A DNA stretch of 64,000 nucleotides from positions 4,832,001 to 4,896,000 of the forward strand of contig OZ244744.1 in assembly GCA_965219455.1 (NCBI GenBank), written 5' to 3'. The position numbers were made by a program, and so were the translations under genes. The notes under the pieces are model-generated. The model saw nothing but the letters and a program-made list of their open reading frames with translations. It searched no databases and was not told where the DNA came from. Shown here one piece after another: positions 28,444-38,878 of the stretch; position 1 is the stretch's first letter; each line of letters starts with the position of its first letter. This DNA comes from Candidatus Latescibacterota bacterium. GTDB lineage: Bacteria > Latescibacterota > UBA2968 > GCA-2709665.

Positions 28444-29292
28444 ATGGATGCCGAATGTCTGGATTATCGTGTCACCCGTGAAGAACGATCGAAGTTCGAA
28501 CGCGACGGGTATTTTATCGTCGAAGATGCAATTCCTCCCGAGCGGGTCACCGCGTTGAGCCGCGTGGTCGACAGGTTGTACGAAGCCTATCTTGCCGAAA
28601 ATGATCTGGGGCGTCACGACCGTATGAATCTGACGGACTTCGTGGGAGCCGACGATGAGTTTCTGGCATTGCTGGATTGGCCGGTCACGTTCCCCAAGGT
28701 ATGGGGTATTCTCGGGTGGAATATCCAGCTTTACCACTCCCATCTGATTGTCACCCCCCCGGACCCGCCGGATAAACGGGCTGAATCGGGGCGCCTTGGC
28801 TGGCACCAGGACAGCGGGCGCCTCAATATTGAACTGGACGCCACGCCCCGTCCGCGGGTTTCTCTAAAGGTCGGTTATTTCCTGACCGATACGACGGCGC
28901 CGGACCGCGGGAATTTTCACGTCGTCTCCGGCAGTCACCTCCGGAACAGGTTGGATTTTCCGGAAGATGGCGTGTCAGACCCTCCCGGCACAACGCCGGT
29001 GCAGGCGCCGGCCGGCGCAGCCGTATTTTTCGATCGCCGCACCTGGCATGCCGCGGGGAGAAACCATTCAGACGTGACGCGAAAGGTATTGTTCTATGGG
29101 TACAGTTACCGCTGGCTCAGGCCCAGGGACAATATGACCGTGGACCACTACCTGGACCGATGCGATCCGATTCAGCGGCAGTTGCTGGGCGAAAGCACGG
29201 GAGGTATGGGTTACACGTCGCCCACCGATGCAGACGTACCGCTCAAAGGGTGGATTCGGGAACACGCGGGAGACACGGCCGTCGTGCCCTGA
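28444..29292 (+). CDS. PhyH family dioxygenase
   Basis: WHQDSG, VVSGSH, FDRRTWH..RK. Confidence 0.9.
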   Translation: MDAECLDYRVTREERSKFERDGYFIVEDAIPPERVTALSRVVDRLYEAYLAENDLGRHDRMNLTDFVGADDEFLALLDWPVTFPKVWGILGWNIQLYHSHLIVTPPDPPDKRAESGRLGWHQDSGRLNIELDATPRPRVSLKVGYFLTDTTAPDRGNFHVVSGSHLRNRLDFPEDGVSDPPGTTPVQAPAGAAVFFDRRTWHAAGRNHSDVTRKVLFYGYSYRWLRPRDNMTVDHYLDRCDPIQRQLLGESTGGMGYTSPTDADVPLKGWIREHAGDTAVVP

Positions 29293-29399
29293 GGCACCGG
29301 CGTGCGTGAGGATGCCATCCGTGCGTGCCTGCAAGGTTGAGACCCCGCCCGAAGCGGTTTCGGCGCGGGGTTTGCAGTCTGAGGAAGAGGAGACCGTTG

Positions 29400-30698
29400 A
29401 TGACAACAGAACTTGCGATTCTCGGTGGAGAAAAGGCGATTACGGCCGATAGCGGGGAGCAGTGGCGGCGCCCTGTAGAAGCGGAGAAAGCGGCGGTTTG
29501 CGCCTTGATAGACGAGGGCTATCTCTCCGGGTCGGGATCAGGGGTTCCGAAAGAATTCGAAGAGCGATTCGCGGAATACCTTGGCTGTAAATACGTACTG
29601 ACAACCAGCCACGGGCATACGGCCCTGGCCAGCGGATTCTTCGCCGCGGGACTGGGCGCGGGCGATGAATTTATCACACCCTCAATCGGTTATATCGGTA
29701 GCTACGCGGGCGCGCTGCATATGGGCGCCACGCCCGTATTCTGCGAGATCGATCCGGAGACGCTGCTGATGGACCCGGCCGACGTGGCCAGGCGGATCAC
29801 GAGCAGGACGCGAGTGATATCACCGATTCACTCCTGCGGTCGGGTCTGCGATATGGACCGGCTGCTGGACCTGGCGAATGCCCACGACCTGGTCGTCGTT
29901 GAGGATGCGGCTCACGCGCACGGCAGCGAATGGGACGGCGTGAAGATCGGCAACCTGGGGCATATCGCGTGCTTCAGCATGCAGGGTTCGACGCCGGGGG
30001 GCAAGCCGGTGGCGGGCGGCGAAGCCGGCATCGTGGCGACGAACGACCGCGAGCTGTACGAGCGCGCGTTGATCTATTGCCATCTGCACCGCCCGGGCGC
30101 CGTGGATGAACTCACGAATCCGGTTTACCGTGAATTGGAGCCGCAGCTTCTCGGATGGAAATGGCGGCCGCATCCACTGGCCATGGCAATCGGGCTGGTC
30201 TCTCTGGGGCACCTTCCCGACCGCCTGGATCGGTTTGAAGCCAACCGGGAGGCCCTGTTTCGAAAAATCGAGGGACTGCCGGGCATTCGGCCGGTTTGCA
30301 ACTACAGGAAGGCCCGGGGGGTGGAACTCTACGGCGGTATCAAGTTCATCTACGACCCGGAAGCCCTGGGCGGGTTGCCCGCGGGCCAATTCGTGGTGGC
30401 GATGCGGGCCGAGGGCGCACCCCTGAACGGCCCCGGCATGGGCCACGTGGAACATCTGCGGTCCATCTATACAAAGGATCTGCCCGGACTCTGGGGAGAG
30501 GGTCACGTTGGACCGGCAAATGTACCCCTGCCCCGTTATCGCAAGGGGGACTTCCCGGTTTCGGAAGCGATGAATGCGCGGGTGCTGTCCTATCCGGGCC
30601 ATATCCAGGCCGTGGACGGTTTCATCGATCAGTTCGCGGCGGCGTTCAGAAAGGTTGTGCTTCAGCATCACAGGCTTCTTCGGAGGGGAGTACGTTGA
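29400..30698 (+). CDS. DegT/DnrJ/EryC1/StrS family PLP aminotransferase
   Basis: GDEFI, GATPVFCEID, VEDAAHAHG, FSMQGSTPGGKPVAGGEAG. Confidence 0.88.
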   Translation: MTTELAILGGEKAITADSGEQWRRPVEAEKAAVCALIDEGYLSGSGSGVPKEFEERFAEYLGCKYVLTTSHGHTALASGFFAAGLGAGDEFITPSIGYIGSYAGALHMGATPVFCEIDPETLLMDPADVARRITSRTRVISPIHSCGRVCDMDRLLDLANAHDLVVVEDAAHAHGSEWDGVKIGNLGHIACFSMQGSTPGGKPVAGGEAGIVATNDRELYERALIYCHLHRPGAVDELTNPVYRELEPQLLGWKWRPHPLAMAIGLVSLGHLPDRLDRFEANREALFRKIEGLPGIRPVCNYRKARGVELYGGIKFIYDPEALGGLPAGQFVVAMRAEGAPLNGPGMGHVEHLRSIYTKDLPGLWGEGHVGPANVPLPRYRKGDFPVSEAMNARVLSYPGHIQAVDGFIDQFAAAFRKVVLQHHRLLRRGVR

Positions 30699-31477
30699 TG
30701 ACGGAACCCGTGGTGTTTCGATCCCCGCTGGAGGTGCGCCTCGCGTGCCGCCGGAATACCCTGAAGACGGTGGCCTCGCGCGCGCTTTCGGGGTATCTGT
30801 GTGTGAATGTGGTGATGATGGACGAGGACGACGCCGCGGAATTTGAGGGTTTCTGCAGGGCGAACCCGAAACCGTGTCCGCTGCTGGCCGTGATGCCCGC
30901 CGGTCAGACCGATTGTCCGGAATTTGCACGCGTGCTCGATATTCGTACCGACCTCGGCTCGTACGACGTGATCCGGGAAGGCGTGGTGGTCGAGCAGCGG
31001 CAGGACGTGGTCTCCCTTTATTCCGGGCGTATGGTGACTTTTCTGATCGGTTCCAGCGTGTCTTTCGACGGACTCCTGGTCGAGAAGGGGTACGAACCCG
31101 CGTTCGGACCGTGTATTCAGCTTACGGATCTGGATTGCGAGCCGGTGGGCAGGTTCACGAGCAAGACGGCGGTGACAATGCGTAGCTTTCTACCGGATCG
31201 TTGCGACGCCGTATGGGAGTTCACAAGCCACTTCCCGGAATGTCACGGGGCGCCGCTGGGCAGGAATAACGGAAAAGCACTGGGCATTCAGGATCTCGAT
31301 ACGACGATATCAGGGAATTCGATACAGGTTCCGGAGGGCACCGACCGCCTCTACTGGGCCTGTGGCGTGACTCCCAGTCTTGCGGCCCGGAAGGCCCGTC
31401 TTCCGTTGGCGCTCTCCTACACGCCCGGCCACGCTTTGATGACGGATATTCCCACCGAGAGTCTCTATAAAGCTTGA
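30698..31477 (+). CDS. DUF1445 / D-glutamate cyclase-like putative hydro-lyase
   Basis: FC.ANPKPCPLL, DIRTD, GSSVSF, HGAP, WACGVTP, PGHALMTD. Confidence 0.8.
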   Translation: MTEPVVFRSPLEVRLACRRNTLKTVASRALSGYLCVNVVMMDEDDAAEFEGFCRANPKPCPLLAVMPAGQTDCPEFARVLDIRTDLGSYDVIREGVVVEQRQDVVSLYSGRMVTFLIGSSVSFDGLLVEKGYEPAFGPCIQLTDLDCEPVGRFTSKTAVTMRSFLPDRCDAVWEFTSHFPECHGAPLGRNNGKALGIQDLDTTISGNSIQVPEGTDRLYWACGVTPSLAARKARLPLALSYTPGHALMTDIPTESLYKA

Positions 31478-31551
31478 GGCGATAGCGGCACGGTTACGCT
31501 CCGGCGGTCTGAACCGGATCGTGCCTGCGGCGACGGAAAACGGAGCCGGGT

Positions 31552-33293
31552 ATGAGACGGGACGGGTTGTTCGCGGCAACGGCCTGGTTTACGTTCGTGT
31601 GGATGCCGTTTTCCACGCCGGGCGATCAACACCCTCAGTTCGTGGAAGTGTCACGTGAGATTGGCATCGATTTTGAGCATGTCAACGGCGCTTTCGGATC
31701 CTTCTACCCGCCGGAGGTCAACGGGGGCGGGCTGGCCGCCTTCGATTACGACAACGACGGATGGGTGGATCTGTATGTCGTGAATGGGGCGTTCTGGCCG
31801 GAAAACGACGCGCCTGCGGTCAACCGGCTCTATCGAAATCTGGGCAACGGTCGCTTCGCGGACGTGACGCGCGAGGCGGGGGTGGGCGATACCGGATATG
31901 GGATGGGATGTGCGGCCGCCGACTACGACAACGATGGCGACCGGGATCTGTACGTGAGCAACTACGGCCCGAACGTGTTGTATCGCAACGAGGGCGATGG
32001 ACGATTTGTCGACGCGACGGAGGAGGCGGGGGTGGGCGATGAAGGATGGGGGGGCGGCGTTGCCTTCGCGGACTACGACGGCGACGGCGACCTGGACCTT
32101 TACGTCGCGAACTACGTGCGTTACCGGTTCGGCGAAGAGGGCGGTGGGAGCCGGATACCCTATCTCTCCGAAACCCTGCGGGAAAGGGCGCGTGGAGATC
32201 TTCCGCTCTATGCCAGTCCGCTGAATTTTCCCGCGGCATCGAATCGATTCTACCGGAACGACGGCATCGGGCGATTCGTGGATGTCGCGGCGGGGTTGGG
32301 TGTGGACGACGCCGACGGGCGGGCCATGGGGGTGGTGTTTTCCGACTGCGATGGGACGGCGATCCGGATTTGTTCGTTTCCGACGACCAGGGTGGGAACA
32401 GCCTGTTTCGCAACGACGGACCCTGGCCGGGGGGACGTTTTTCGGACGTGGGTTTGTTCTCGGGCACGGCCTTCGACGGAGACGGCAACGCGCAGGCGAC
32501 CATGGGGGTTGCGGCCGGGGATTACAATAACGACGGCAGGTTCGATCTGGCAACCACGGCGTTTCAGGATGAAGTGTTTGCTTTCTACCGGAACGAGGGC
32601 GCCGGGCTGTTTCTGGACGTGGCATACCCGTCGGGCCTCGGGCAGTCCACCCGCGGGGTGTTGGGTTGGGGCGTCTTTTTCTTCGATTACGACAACGATG
32701 GCTGGCTGGATCTCTTCCTGGCAAATGGGCACGTGCAGGACGGAATCGAGCAGGTGGACCCGGGCGCGTCCACGGCACAATCCAACGCATTGTTTCGAAA
32801 TATGGGAAATGGAAGTTTCGAAGACGTGTCATCCGCGTCCGGGCCGGGGTTGATGCTGAGACGTCAGAGCCGGGGCGCGGTGTGTTTCGATTACGATAAC
32901 GACGGCGACCTGGATATCGCCGTATTGAATCGGTATTGCCGGATGCCCGGCGGGGTCGTGTCCGGCGTGGACGTGTTGCGCAACGACGGCGGAAATCGCG
33001 GTCACTGGTTGAAGTTGACCCTCAGGGGACGGGGTGGGGGGCCGGGCTCGACAAACGCGTCCGGGGTTGGGGCGAGGGTGACGGTCTGGACGGGGCGGCG
33101 GCGTCAGGTGCGGGAGGTGCGGGCCGGGTCCGGGTACCAGTCGCAGAACGATATACGTGTACACGTGGGCCTGGGCAAAGTGGCGGGTGTGGACAGCATG
33201 GAGGTGCGGTGGCCGGGAGGCGCGCGGCAGATGCTCTACGGCCTGGAGGCGAATCGGGAGATGGTCGTTGCCGAGGCGGGACCCTGGCAGTGA
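31552..33293 (+). pseudogene. CRTAC1 / ASPIC-UnbV FG-GAP repeat secreted protein with a frameshift near 32352-32357
   Basis: DYDNDGxxDL repeats in two frames; GATGGGACGGCGAT lacks one G needed for D-G-D-G-D; C-terminal GSGYQSQN..VHVGLG..VRWP. Confidence 0.8.
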
Positions 33294-33345
33294 CGCTCGG
33301 GCCCGATTTCAGGCCTTACGTTGTGTTTGTACCGGGGGAACCGAC

Positions 33346-34101
33346 GTGAGCGAGTCCAACTGGTTGGAAGCGGCAACGGCAACCTGGCCGGAGTGCAGGG
33401 AATTTCTGATAAACACGCCGGTTGCGATCCTGCCTCTCGGCGCAACCGAGCAGCACGGCCCCCACCTGCCCCAGAACACCGATACGGTGCTTGCGGAGGC
33501 TCTGGCCCTCGACGTCGCGAAGAAGACTTCAGGCCTCGTGCTGCCATCGGTCCAGGTGGGGTACTCCTGGAGTTGGCGCGACTATCCGGGCACGCTCACG
33601 TACTCGTTCGACACGTTCAGGGAGGTGGTGAAGGACCTGGCGCGCAGCGTGCACCGGAGTGGCTGCCGGGCGCTGATGACGCTATCAGGACACGGCGCGA
33701 ATCCCGTGCCGTTGAAGATGACCGCCAGAGAGCTTGTCGACGAACTGGATTTGAAGGTGTTGAATGTCTTCTACCCGGGCCTGGATGAAGTGATGGCGGA
33801 TGCCGAGTCGCCGCAATGGGCGCCGATGAATTTTCACGCGGAGGAGTTTGAAACCTCGTTGATGCTCTACCTGAAGCCTGAATGGGTCAGGATGGACCTG
33901 GCCGTGCGGGAGTATCCGCCGCGGTCCGCGGAGTACGAGATGTCCACGCTGCCCCTGGGCAGTCTGTCCGGATCGGGGGTGTTCGGCGATGCCACGGTCG
34001 CCTCCAGGGAGAAGGGCGAGCGGTGGTTTCACGCGTGTGTGACGCGCATGGCCCGGGTGTGGACGGAGTTCCTGTCCGGGCTGGATCCGGGGGGGGCGTG
34101 A
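33346..34101 (+). CDS. Creatininase family amidohydrolase
   Basis: GATEQHGPHLP..TD, GHGAN, HA..ETS, SGVFGD. Confidence 0.88.
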   Translation: MSESNWLEAATATWPECREFLINTPVAILPLGATEQHGPHLPQNTDTVLAEALALDVAKKTSGLVLPSVQVGYSWSWRDYPGTLTYSFDTFREVVKDLARSVHRSGCRALMTLSGHGANPVPLKMTARELVDELDLKVLNVFYPGLDEVMADAESPQWAPMNFHAEEFETSLMLYLKPEWVRMDLAVREYPPRSAEYEMSTLPLGSLSGSGVFGDATVASREKGERWFHACVTRMARVWTEFLSGLDPGGA

Positions 34102-35024
34102 TGGGAACGGTGATGACGGTGCGGGGGGAGGTCGATGGCGGCGATCTGGGCATTGTGGATTACCACGAACACCTCTATTTCGACGCGCCAGACTGGCTCC
34201 TGAGGGAAGATCGGGATTTCCGGCTGGACAGCGTGGAGCGGTCGGCCGCTGAACTTCGTTCCTGGGTGCGCGCGGGCGGCAGGACCGTGGTCGAAATGTC
34301 GGCGATTGACTTCGGACGCAATGTGCGGCAGGTGATCCGGATTGCGGACATGGTGCCCGACGTGCACGTGGTTGCAATAACGGGATACAACAAGCCCTAT
34401 TTCTGTGACCGCGCGATCCTGAATCAGGACGAAGATACGATGATCAGAAGTTGCATCCGGGATATAAAGGTGGGTATCGACGACACCGGAGTAAAGGCCG
34501 GCATCGTGAAGGGCGGCAGCGGATACAATACGTTTCACGAGGCCGATAGGAAGCTGATGCGTATCGCGGCAAAAGTACATGTGGAGACGCGGGTGCCCGT
34601 CATAACGCATACGGAAGCCGGAACGATGGGGTACGATCAGGTCACGTTTCTGGACGCGCGCGGTGTGCCTCCGCACCGTGTATGTTTGAGCCATATGGAC
34701 AGGAATCCGGATTTCTGGGAGCACCGCCGTATTGCGGAAACCGGCGCCTATCTTGGCTACGACTGCCCGGGGAAAGTGAAATACGGCCCGGATGAATTGC
34801 GCATTTCCGTTCTGAAGCGGATGATCGAAGCCGGACTGGGCGACCGGATTCTGCTGGGCAACGATCTGGGGCGGCCCAGTTACTGGCGAAGCTACGGCGG
34901 CGGACCGGGGTTGGACCACGTGCTGACCCGGTTCGTTCCCCGGCTTCGGGAAGAAGGGGTTTCCGACGGCGCGATCCAGGACTTGCTGGTGAACAATCCG
35001 CGGAGGTTTCTGGCGGGGGCGTAA
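34101..35024 (+). CDS. Phosphotriesterase-related (PTE/Php) amidohydrolase
   Basis: DYHEH, GIVK, THTEAG, SHMD, GND, NPRR. Confidence 0.88.
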   Translation: MGTVMTVRGEVDGGDLGIVDYHEHLYFDAPDWLLREDRDFRLDSVERSAAELRSWVRAGGRTVVEMSAIDFGRNVRQVIRIADMVPDVHVVAITGYNKPYFCDRAILNQDEDTMIRSCIRDIKVGIDDTGVKAGIVKGGSGYNTFHEADRKLMRIAAKVHVETRVPVITHTEAGTMGYDQVTFLDARGVPPHRVCLSHMDRNPDFWEHRRIAETGAYLGYDCPGKVKYGPDELRISVLKRMIEAGLGDRILLGNDLGRPSYWRSYGGGPGLDHVLTRFVPRLREEGVSDGAIQDLLVNNPRRFLAGA

Positions 35025-35053
35025 CGCGGCCGCGGGCATCGCGAGACCTGGCT

Positions 35054-35117
35054 TATCAGCCCGTTGAAAAAGTCCATCCGGTCTCGTCTGCAGAGCAACT
35101 TTTCCAACGGACTGTTA
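35054..35117. mobile_element. Miniature inverted-repeat element (~64 bp, IS5/IS1182-like ends)
   Basis: TATCAGCCCGTTGAAAAAGT ... ACTTTTCCAACGGACTGTTA imperfect inverted repeats. Confidence 0.6.
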
Positions 35118-36616
35118 TGGCACTGGTTGTCGGAATCGATCTGGGCACATCCAGCACCAAGACCGTTGTTCTGGACGAAGGCGGCTCGGTAGTGGTTTCG
35201 GCCAGTGCACGTTATACCATGCAAACGCCGCAGGCGGGCTGGGTGGAACAGGACGCGGACGACTGGTGGCGGGCGGTCTGTGAGACAACCCGACGGGTCG
35301 CTGTCGAGCTCCGGGAGCAGGGACGATCCGTCGATGAAGTCCGGGGCGTGTCGCTGTCCGGGCATATGAACGGGGCCGTGTTCGTGGACGGCGCAGGCAA
35401 TCCGCTGAGGGCACCCATTCTCTGGCTCGACCGCCGCTCGCAGGCCGAGTGCGACGCCGCAAACGCGCGCGCTGGCGATCTGCTGAGAACCAGGGCCATG
35501 CACGTGCTGAATCCCATCAACACGCTTGCCAAGGTGCTGTGGGTCCGTGCCCACGAACCGGAGGTATACCAGGACGCGCGGTATGTGCTGATTCCGAAGG
35601 ACTGGGTGCGGTTTCGGATGACCGGTACGTTCGGTACGGACGTGTCGGACGCGTCTGTATCCGCGGCCGCGGATCTTCGGTCGAGGGATTGGAGCAACGA
35701 GATTCTGGATGCCCTGGAGGTGCGCCGCAACCTGTTTCCCGATATTTCGGAGTCTCCCGATGTGATCGGAGCGCTGACCGGCCGGGCTTCCCGGGAGATG
35801 GGGCTGGCCGCGAAGACGCCCGTATGCGCGGGCGGCGGCGATGTCTCCTGCCTCGCGGTGGGCAGCGGTGTTATCGGACCCGGCGTCGTGAACGTGGGCA
35901 TCGGCACGGCGGGGCACGCGCTTGCCTTCGCGGAGAGATTGGATGCCGCGGCTTTCAACAGGCTCTGGCCGATGTGCCATGCGGTCCCGGGCGCCTTTTT
36001 CTGGCTCGGATGTTCGTATACGTGCGGTGCGAGTATGGCCTGGTTGAGTACACAATTCGACGAGGACGTAGCCACCCTCACACGGCACGCGGCGAAGGCG
36101 CCCGCCGGCAGCGAAGGACTTTTCTTTTTTCCGTGGCTGGAAGGGGCGGCAACGCCCCACCCCGACGCGCGCGCCCGGGGCGGCTGGGCGGGTCTGACGC
36201 TGCGTCATACGAAAGCGCACCTGGTACGCTCGCTGATGGAGGGCGTGGCGTTCGATCTGAGACGCTCTCTGGAGTGTTTCGAGGACATCGGGCTGTCAAT
36301 AAAGGACCTGCGAATTGGCGAAGGCGGCGCGAGGTCGGCGCTCTGGCGTCAGATCCAGGCGGACGTGTTCGGACGGGACGTGCGGGTGCTGGAGGTGCAG
36401 GATGCGTCGGCGCTGGGCGCGGCGGTGATTGCCGGCGTGGGTGTGGGCGTGTTTCCCGATTTTGAAACGGCCTGCGAACGCTCGGTGGGCCTGGGCGCAA
36501 CCGTCCGGTGTTGTGCGGCGCGGGCGGTTGAATATGAGAAACAGTTTCACCGGTACTGCGGACTCTATCCAAGCCTGAAAGGCTGGTTTAATGAAAGCGC
36601 GGGCACGAAGAACTGA
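35117..36616 (+). CDS. xylB: Xylulokinase-like FGGY carbohydrate kinase
   Basis: GIDLGTSS, LSGHM.G, ILWLDRR, PKDWV, GGGD, GGARS..W.QI.ADV. Confidence 0.8.
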   Translation: MALVVGIDLGTSSTKTVVLDEGGSVVVSASARYTMQTPQAGWVEQDADDWWRAVCETTRRVAVELREQGRSVDEVRGVSLSGHMNGAVFVDGAGNPLRAPILWLDRRSQAECDAANARAGDLLRTRAMHVLNPINTLAKVLWVRAHEPEVYQDARYVLIPKDWVRFRMTGTFGTDVSDASVSAAADLRSRDWSNEILDALEVRRNLFPDISESPDVIGALTGRASREMGLAAKTPVCAGGGDVSCLAVGSGVIGPGVVNVGIGTAGHALAFAERLDAAAFNRLWPMCHAVPGAFFWLGCSYTCGASMAWLSTQFDEDVATLTRHAAKAPAGSEGLFFFPWLEGAATPHPDARARGGWAGLTLRHTKAHLVRSLMEGVAFDLRRSLECFEDIGLSIKDLRIGEGGARSALWRQIQADVFGRDVRVLEVQDASALGAAVIAGVGVGVFPDFETACERSVGLGATVRCCAARAVEYEKQFHRYCGLYPSLKGWFNESAGTKN

Positions 36617-36660
36617 CGACTGCGGTTTTCGTCCGGTTCCTCCCGAATGGAGGTTTGACA

Positions 36661-37050
36661 ATGGATAAGGCATTTGAGCGACCCTACCGACCTTCGCATC
36701 TGGACACCTCGTGGATCGGTTCGTTTCCGCTGCTTGCGATGGCGGAACAGCTGACGGCGGAAGAAGCATTCGCCAAATCGGGTCGGAACGCGCTGACGCT
36801 GGTCAGAGGGGAAGATTTGACCGTGGTGCTCACCGTCATCAGGGAGGGGGCGCTTATCCACGAACATCGAGCGCCAGGCCCCGCGACCGTAATCACGCTC
36901 AGCGGGAGCATTCGGATATTGACCGGCAATGAGAAAATGACCCTGGAACACGGTTCGGCGGTATCGTTCACGGCAGACGTCCCCCACGCAGTGGAAGCCG
37001 GGCAGGACAGTGCGTTCCTTATCGTGATAGGCGGCAGAGGTCCGGGGTGA
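36661..37050 (+). CDS. Cupin domain protein
   Basis: EHRAPG..LSG..PHAVEA. Confidence 0.75.
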   Translation: MDKAFERPYRPSHLDTSWIGSFPLLAMAEQLTAEEAFAKSGRNALTLVRGEDLTVVLTVIREGALIHEHRAPGPATVITLSGSIRILTGNEKMTLEHGSAVSFTADVPHAVEAGQDSAFLIVIGGRGPG

Positions 37051-37279
37051 AACGCGGAAATAATCCGCAGGTCAAACGGGGAGGCACCTGGCATTCAAGA
37101 CCCATTCCAAATTTGGTGATTGTCCGCAAATTCCTGTCGTTCACGGCGCAGGAAAGAAGCCGCCATTGTTCAGGCCGGTCATTTGACGTGCGAATCAACA
37201 CCGCCGGTCCACCCGCGGTCCGGGCTGGCGACAGTTGAAAGATCGGGCCAGTTCCCGAATGCAAGGAGGATTCTTCAAT

Positions 37280-38083
37280 ATGGAAATGCTGAGCGAATCG
37301 CAGGTTGCTTTTTTCCGTGAAAACGGGTACATCCGCCTGGAAGGGATGTTCTCTCCGGAAGAAGTGCATGAGATGGGCGAAGAATTGAACTATATCATGG
37401 AAGTGTTCGCGAACTGGGATTCGGCCTGGAAAGGGCCATGGCGGAAGAAGTATATGGATGAAGAAGAGGATGCGGTCGCGACCCTTGTGGCTATCCATGA
37501 GTTGCAGCACTATTCTGCGGCCTGGTCCCGTGCCATCACCAAGCGGGAATTGGGCGCTGCGGTCGGAGACCTGCTGGGATCGGATGCCGTCGAATTGCAT
37601 CACGTAACGCTACACGCGAAACCTCCGGACAAAGGGGCGCCGTTTCCCATGCATCAGGACCTTCCGTTCTTCCCTCACCACGACGGCCGGTACGCCGATT
37701 GCCTTGTGCACCTGGACGATGCCGGCGAAACCAGCGGATGCATCAAATTTCTAAGAGGATCCCACAGGCTCGGCAAGCTGGAACATATTACGGGCGCCGG
37801 TACCGCGCCCCACCTGCCCACAGACCAGTACCGGCTTCAGGATGCCGTGTCGGTTCCGGCCAGGGCCGGCGACGTGGTCCTGTTCTACCTGTGGACCGTT
37901 CACGGGTCGGCCGTCAATCACAGCGGCAACTGGCGCCGCCTGGTGCGGCTCGGTTTCAGAGACCCGCGTAACAGGCAGGAAGGCGGGCAGGGAATGGGGC
38001 GGCCCGGCTTCATGGTAAAGGGCGTCAGACCGAAGGTGGAGGGCGTGGAGGTGGACGTGTACGGCAACTGGGCCGAAAAATAA
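37280..38083 (+). CDS. PhyH family dioxygenase
   Basis: MHQD, HLDDA..GC..GSH, TVHGS..N..RR; RBS AGGAGG. Confidence 0.9.
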   Translation: MEMLSESQVAFFRENGYIRLEGMFSPEEVHEMGEELNYIMEVFANWDSAWKGPWRKKYMDEEEDAVATLVAIHELQHYSAAWSRAITKRELGAAVGDLLGSDAVELHHVTLHAKPPDKGAPFPMHQDLPFFPHHDGRYADCLVHLDDAGETSGCIKFLRGSHRLGKLEHITGAGTAPHLPTDQYRLQDAVSVPARAGDVVLFYLWTVHGSAVNHSGNWRRLVRLGFRDPRNRQEGGQGMGRPGFMVKGVRPKVEGVEVDVYGNWAEK

Positions 38084-38202
38084 GTCAGGGGTGAGGATCG
38101 AGCGCCGATAAAACGCGGCGTCACGTACGGTTTTCGCGCCGAAATCGAGTACGAAGCGTGCAGGACCAGGGCGCGGATTTTAACGTTTTCCAATGGATTT
38201 CA

Positions 38203-38859
38203 ATGATGAGCGCACACAGATTTTCCATCGCTGAGGCGCTGCGGTTCGGCTGGCGGACAACGACCGGGAATTGCGGTTTTTTTATTGTGGTGGGTATTCT
38301 GGTGCTGGCGATAACCCTGGGTCTGAACGGCGCCGTCGTGGAGATGAATTCGTACTCCGAGGGCTGGGCGTTTATTCTGGGGATTATCACGCTTTTCGCC
38401 GGGATCGTGTTGGACGTGGGACTGATTGTCATTACGCTGCGATTCTGCGACGGTGACCGAGGAACGGTCACGGATCTGTACATCCACTACCCGCTCGGGC
38501 CACGGTATTTCATCTCAAAGATTATTTTTACTCTGATGGTACTCGTCGGGATGGTCTTCCTTATTGTGCCGGGTGTCATACTTGCATTGGTGTTTCAGTT
38601 TTGCGGCTACCACGTTGTGGACGAAGGTACGGGAGCGGTGGAGGCATTGCGGCGCAGCGCAGCCACGACCAGGGACGCCAGATGGCGCCTTTTTCTCTTC
38701 GCTCTTCTGGTGCTGCTGATCAACATCGCCGGATTTCTGTGTCTGCTGGTGGGGTTGTTGTTGACCGTGCCCGCAACGCTATTGGCATATGCGCATGTTT
38801 TCAGGCAACTGCAGGCGCATGGATCGCACGGGTCTTTAACGAACGCATCCGGCGGGTAA
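38203..38859 (+). CDS. Integral membrane protein (DUF975-like)
   Basis: Multiple TM helices, FLIVPGVI, EALRRS motif. Confidence 0.7.
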   Translation: MMSAHRFSIAEALRFGWRTTTGNCGFFIVVGILVLAITLGLNGAVVEMNSYSEGWAFILGIITLFAGIVLDVGLIVITLRFCDGDRGTVTDLYIHYPLGPRYFISKIIFTLMVLVGMVFLIVPGVILALVFQFCGYHVVDEGTGAVEALRRSAATTRDARWRLFLFALLVLLINIAGFLCLLVGLLLTVPATLLAYAHVFRQLQAHGSHGSLTNASGG

Positions 38860-38878
38860 TCCGAACAGGGAGACTGTC

